Shown here: positions 61,002-64,000 of the stretch, piece after piece | How the letters are laid out: every line of letters begins with the position of its first letter | How positions within the stretch are numbered: the stretch's first letter is position 1 | Assembly: GCA_963843555.1 (NCBI GenBank) | Contig: CAWJKV010000015.1 | Span: forward strand, 1-64,000 | From: an uncultured Methanosarcinales archaeon | Lineage (GTDB): Archaea > Halobacteriota > Methanosarcinia > Methanotrichales > Methanotrichaceae | Reading direction: 5' to 3' | DNA: 64,000 bases | Program-made: the position numbers and the translations under genes | Notes under the pieces: generated by a model | What the model saw: the letters and a program-made list of their open reading frames with translations, nothing else | Database searches by the model: none | Told to the model about the DNA's origin: nothing

Positions 61002-61647
61002 ATGAGCATCGCGGGCCGCACGAGTCCTATAGAACTGAGGGATCTATTCATATCGCTGGTAGCGCTGGTTATAGCCTTCTCCTTGCTGGTACGAGCGAAG
61101 AATGCCGGGACTTGAGACGATTTTGATTACGGCATTGGCCGTGAGCACCGGGTTCCTGTTGCATGAGATGGCTCACAAATTCGTGGCCTTGCGCTTTGGC
61201 TATTGGGCAGAGTACAGAGCCAACATGATGGGATTGGGGCTGGCTATCGTCATGGCCCTCGGCGGCTTCCTCTTTGCAGCTCCTGGAGCTGTCATGATAA
61301 ACAAATCCAACGCCACCCAGGAGTTCTATATGCAGGACACCTTCGGCCAGGAGGAGCAAAAGAGCCGGATTACGAGGGAAATGCTGTTGATTTCCCTGGC
61401 CGGGCCCATGACCAACATCGTACTTGCGGTATTTTTCTTTCTGCTGTTTTTGGTCGGCGAGGCAGGCAGCGATCTATGGGCCCGGGCAGCCTACTTCGCC
61501 TTCTTCATAAATCTCATTCTGGCAGCCTTCAATATGCTGCCCTTCGGACCCCTGGACGGCAAGAAGATCTTCGATGGCAATAGAGTGGTATGGGCGCTGG
61601 TAGGCTTTCCCACGATTCTGGTGGGGCTGCTGGTTTATATGGGATAG
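61002..61647 (+). pseudogene. M50 (site-2) zinc metalloprotease, one frameshift (~61090)
   Basis: HEMAH, AGPMTN, FNMLPFGPLDG; the N-terminus MSIAGRTSPIELRDLFISL is in another frame. Confidence 0.88.
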
Positions 61648-61759
61648 ATATGGAGAGAAAAACGCAAATCCGACTGCACAACTGAGCCGATCCTGAAGCA
61701 GGACCACCTATGGCTGGAGGAGAACAGCCTTATATCATCGATACATAAATTTTCTTAAG

Positions 61760-62242
61760 ATGAAGAGGTTAATCGCCCATATCTCGGGAAGGGTCCAGGG
61801 AGTAGGATACAGGTCGATGGTAGTGATGTTGGCCAGGACCCTGGGCATCAAAGGATATGTCCAGAACCTCCCCAATGGCAAAGTCTTCATTATTGCCGAG
61901 GGGCCCAAGGAGGACCTGGCGAGATTTGTCAAGTCCATCAGGATCGATAACTCCAGGATTATGGTGGATGACATCTTTATTGATTGCAAAGATGCGAAGA
62001 AAGAATTTGATGGTTTTTATAAAATAAATTCAAAGCAACTGAAAGAGGCACTGCCTGATATTGCTCCCCAAAGCCGGAAAGGACGATTTACGAAAGCAAA
62101 CGGCAGATATCTGCCAGCATCCTCCGGGCTGGAAAAGATCGGCTTTGAAACAGAAAAAGTTAATTATAAGCTGGAAAAGATGGTCAAAAGCCAGGAGGAG
62201 CTGAAGGAAGAGATAGAGTCGAGTTGTGATTCAGGGAAATAG
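61760..62242 (+). CDS. acyP: Acylphosphatase with C-terminal extension
   Basis: ISGRVQGVGYR..GYVQNLPNGKV..AEG. Confidence 0.88.
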   Translation: MKRLIAHISGRVQGVGYRSMVVMLARTLGIKGYVQNLPNGKVFIIAEGPKEDLARFVKSIRIDNSRIMVDDIFIDCKDAKKEFDGFYKINSKQLKEALPDIAPQSRKGRFTKANGRYLPASSGLEKIGFETEKVNYKLEKMVKSQEELKEEIESSCDSGK

Positions 62243-62352
62243 TCTGGCCGAAAAACGAGAACAACAGGATAAAGGCTCTACAAGAGGCTTCGGCAATCTC
62301 GGGGGATCAGCTATATTTATTTCCTGACTCAAAGGGAAAGAATGGACGTGAA

Positions 62353-62589
62353 ATGACAATGGCAGAAGATGAAGTTCTCCAAGAGATTTCGGATACGCTT
62401 ATTTCGATCAGCGACAGCCTGGAAGGGATTAATGCAGAGCTCGCTGATATCAGTATGTCGAGCAAAATGCTGATATTTTTTAAGCTGATAGAATTGAGGC
62501 CGGATATGAAAGACAAGCTCGGGCCATTGATCAATGACCTGGCCGCGTCTATGGATTTTGATATGGGGGACGAGCCGGAAAAGGTCTAG
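62353..62589 (+). CDS. Hypothetical acidic helical protein
   Basis: 78-aa ORF with a coiled-coil-like N-terminus. Confidence 0.65.
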   Translation: MTMAEDEVLQEISDTLISISDSLEGINAELADISMSSKMLIFFKLIELRPDMKDKLGPLINDLAASMDFDMGDEPEKV

Positions 62590-63027
62590 CGCGAGAGAGA
62601 CTCTGGGCCAAATAATAATAACTCGCGACGACTGGCGGGCGGGAAGGGCCCAGTCCACCCGCGCGAGCGCTCGAATGAAGGCAAGAGTGCTGGAGGCGGG
62701 GCATGTGCCCGGAGAAGAATGAAGCCCCAGAAGTCTGCCGGAATTGAGAAATGGTGGAGGACGGCGTGGTCATGCTTACTTGAAGAGGGGATCGTCGTCG
62801 GTTAAGAGGCAGCCCGCAATCTTACCGGCCAATATTTGAGGATCAAAAATCGTAATACTGCGGCCCATTTTTCTATCTTATAAACATCGGCCTGAATTAT
62901 TCCCGGTATTTTTCAACATATGCGTCTTATCTGTTAAGTAGAAATATACAGTATCAGAATTACGAAAGTTTTATCAGTATCTATGTTATATGATGATTAT
63001 AAGCCGATATTGGGGGGTTGATGGAAG

Positions 63028-63303
63028 ATGGCACGGAGGAATAGGCTGGAGATACTCGGCTGTATTCTGAACATCTGCAAAGAGGATGGATCGAGCAAAA
63101 CAAAAGTTGTCTATCAGCTAAACCTAAATTTTAGAAATGCAGGCTTATATCTCGAATGGCTAACCGAACAGGGGTACCTGGCCAAGCAAGATAAATTGTA
63201 CAGGATAACACCTTCCGGCCAAAAGTTGCTGGAAAATCTCAATGATATTAATTCTATGATTAACTGCGATATTGGCGATGCTCTGGCAAAAGATGACGAG
63301 TAA
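63028..63303 (+). CDS. Small winged-helix transcription regulator (third paralog)
   Basis: RRNRLEIL..IL.IC..SSKTKVVYQLNLNF..YRITPSG. Confidence 0.9.
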   Translation: MARRNRLEILGCILNICKEDGSSKTKVVYQLNLNFRNAGLYLEWLTEQGYLAKQDKLYRITPSGQKLLENLNDINSMINCDIGDALAKDDE

Positions 63304-63460
63304 CCCATTTTTGACTTCGAGCAGTCCCTATTAATTCATGCGCAGCAAGTCATGGCTATGCATAACTGTCTCCCAATAGCCTTCTTTTCATTATGAAAAT
63401 TGAATGATCCCAACATTGCTTCGAAAGCACAAGGCAGCTCACCAAAATAGTCTTTCGTCT

Positions 63461-64000
63461 TTAAGGCATTCCAAGCCGTCCCTTTATCGCTCTGATATCC
63501 GACTGCATCTGCCTCAATTGCATCGTGATTCCCGGTTGGACCTCTTCTTTCAGTCCCTTGATCTCTTCATGAATCTGTGTAATTGCATCGGTATTCTCTC
63601 TCACAGCTTTCATATCGTTCTTCATCTCCTTCATATCGCCCTTCATCTCTCTAATGTCGCCCTTCGTCTCTTTTATGTCACCCTTCATCTCTTTTATGTC
63701 ACCCTTCATCTCTCTAATGTCGCCCTTTGTCTCTTTTATGTCACCCTTCATCTCTTTGATGTCGCCCTTTGTCTCTTTTATATCGTCTCTTATCTCCAAC
63801 AGGACCGGTATGGCCTTATTCATCTGTATCGTGGTGCAGAATTGGGCATACTCTCCAATTGTCATAATCTCTCCATCACAGTCCTCGGCCTGTATTCGGG
63901 ATACCTCGCTGAGGTCTGGGCGCTTGGTCTCCACCAGAGCATGGAAGGCTTCGACTGCCACTTTGCCGCCATCAACGAAGACCAAGACCTCTTCGCCCTC
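63461..64000 (-). CDS. Coiled-coil protein, probably with an acylphosphatase-like N-terminus (5' end outside the window)
   Basis: Frame open to the window edge (EGEEVLVFVDGG..AVEAF), followed by heptad repeats. Confidence 0.75.
   Translation of the reverse strand, partial: EGEEVLVFVDGGKVAVEAFHALVETKRPDLSEVSRIQAEDCDGEIMTIGEYAQFCTTIQMNKAIPVLLEIRDDIKETKGDIKEMKGDIKETKGDIREMKGDIKEMKGDIKETKGDIREMKGDMKEMKNDMKAVRENTDAITQIHEEIKGLKEEVQPGITMQLRQMQSDIRAIKGRLGMP
63618..63785. repeat. 8 tandem 21-bp repeats encoding DIKE(T/M)KG heptads
   Basis: Unit approximately CCCTTCRTCTCTYTWATGTCR, read directly. Confidence 0.95.

Noticed and set aside
62610..62745. Cobalamin riboswitch-like fragments (ACTG..GGGAAGG; AAGCCCCAGAAGTCTGCC)
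   Set aside because: The upstream core motifs are missing and the downstream gene is unrelated; only a few short hairpins are present.
63618..63785. CRISPR array
   Set aside because: Contiguous 21-bp in-frame coding repeats with no unique spacers.

Overview
A gene-dense chromosomal segment from a methanogenic archaeon, most consistent with Methanothrix/Methanotrichaceae (inferred from MC1, hdrDE, mfnF, cofE, methanogenesis marker 14, DUF1890/DUF1894 and many Methanothrix-style secreted proteins). It is mostly housekeeping: HflX, SRP19, NifB, alanine dehydrogenase, a ubiquitin-like/Moco sulfur-relay cluster, CDC48, ZnuACB, ABC transporters, FolP, a CofE-cytidine deaminase fusion, HdrDE, YchF, an FpoF-like protein, an XPD helicase, a solo Cas4-like protein and a DRG GTPase. 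Lower-GC accessory patches include a toxin-antitoxin islet (16.4-17.4 kb) and a regulatory islet (37.8-43 kb). I found no rRNA, tRNA, CRISPR array or transposase. About 7 genes carry frameshifts, probably assembly indels. The most notable unexplained features are: (1) a ~280-nt GC-rich, extensively base-paired intergenic element (31541-31820) that matches no RNA family I recognise; (2) a winged-helix-fused hybrid histidine kinase with Tyr in place of its phosphoacceptor His, flanked by duplicated wHTH regulators sharing a 15-bp upstream motif; (3) a perfect HSR1-type CTAAC-N5-GTTAG operator plus five half-sites at the cdc48 promoter; (4) a Cys/His-motif protein coupled to znuACB behind an 11-bp inverted repeat that brackets the TATA box. 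All family calls come from motif recognition by eye, not from database searches.
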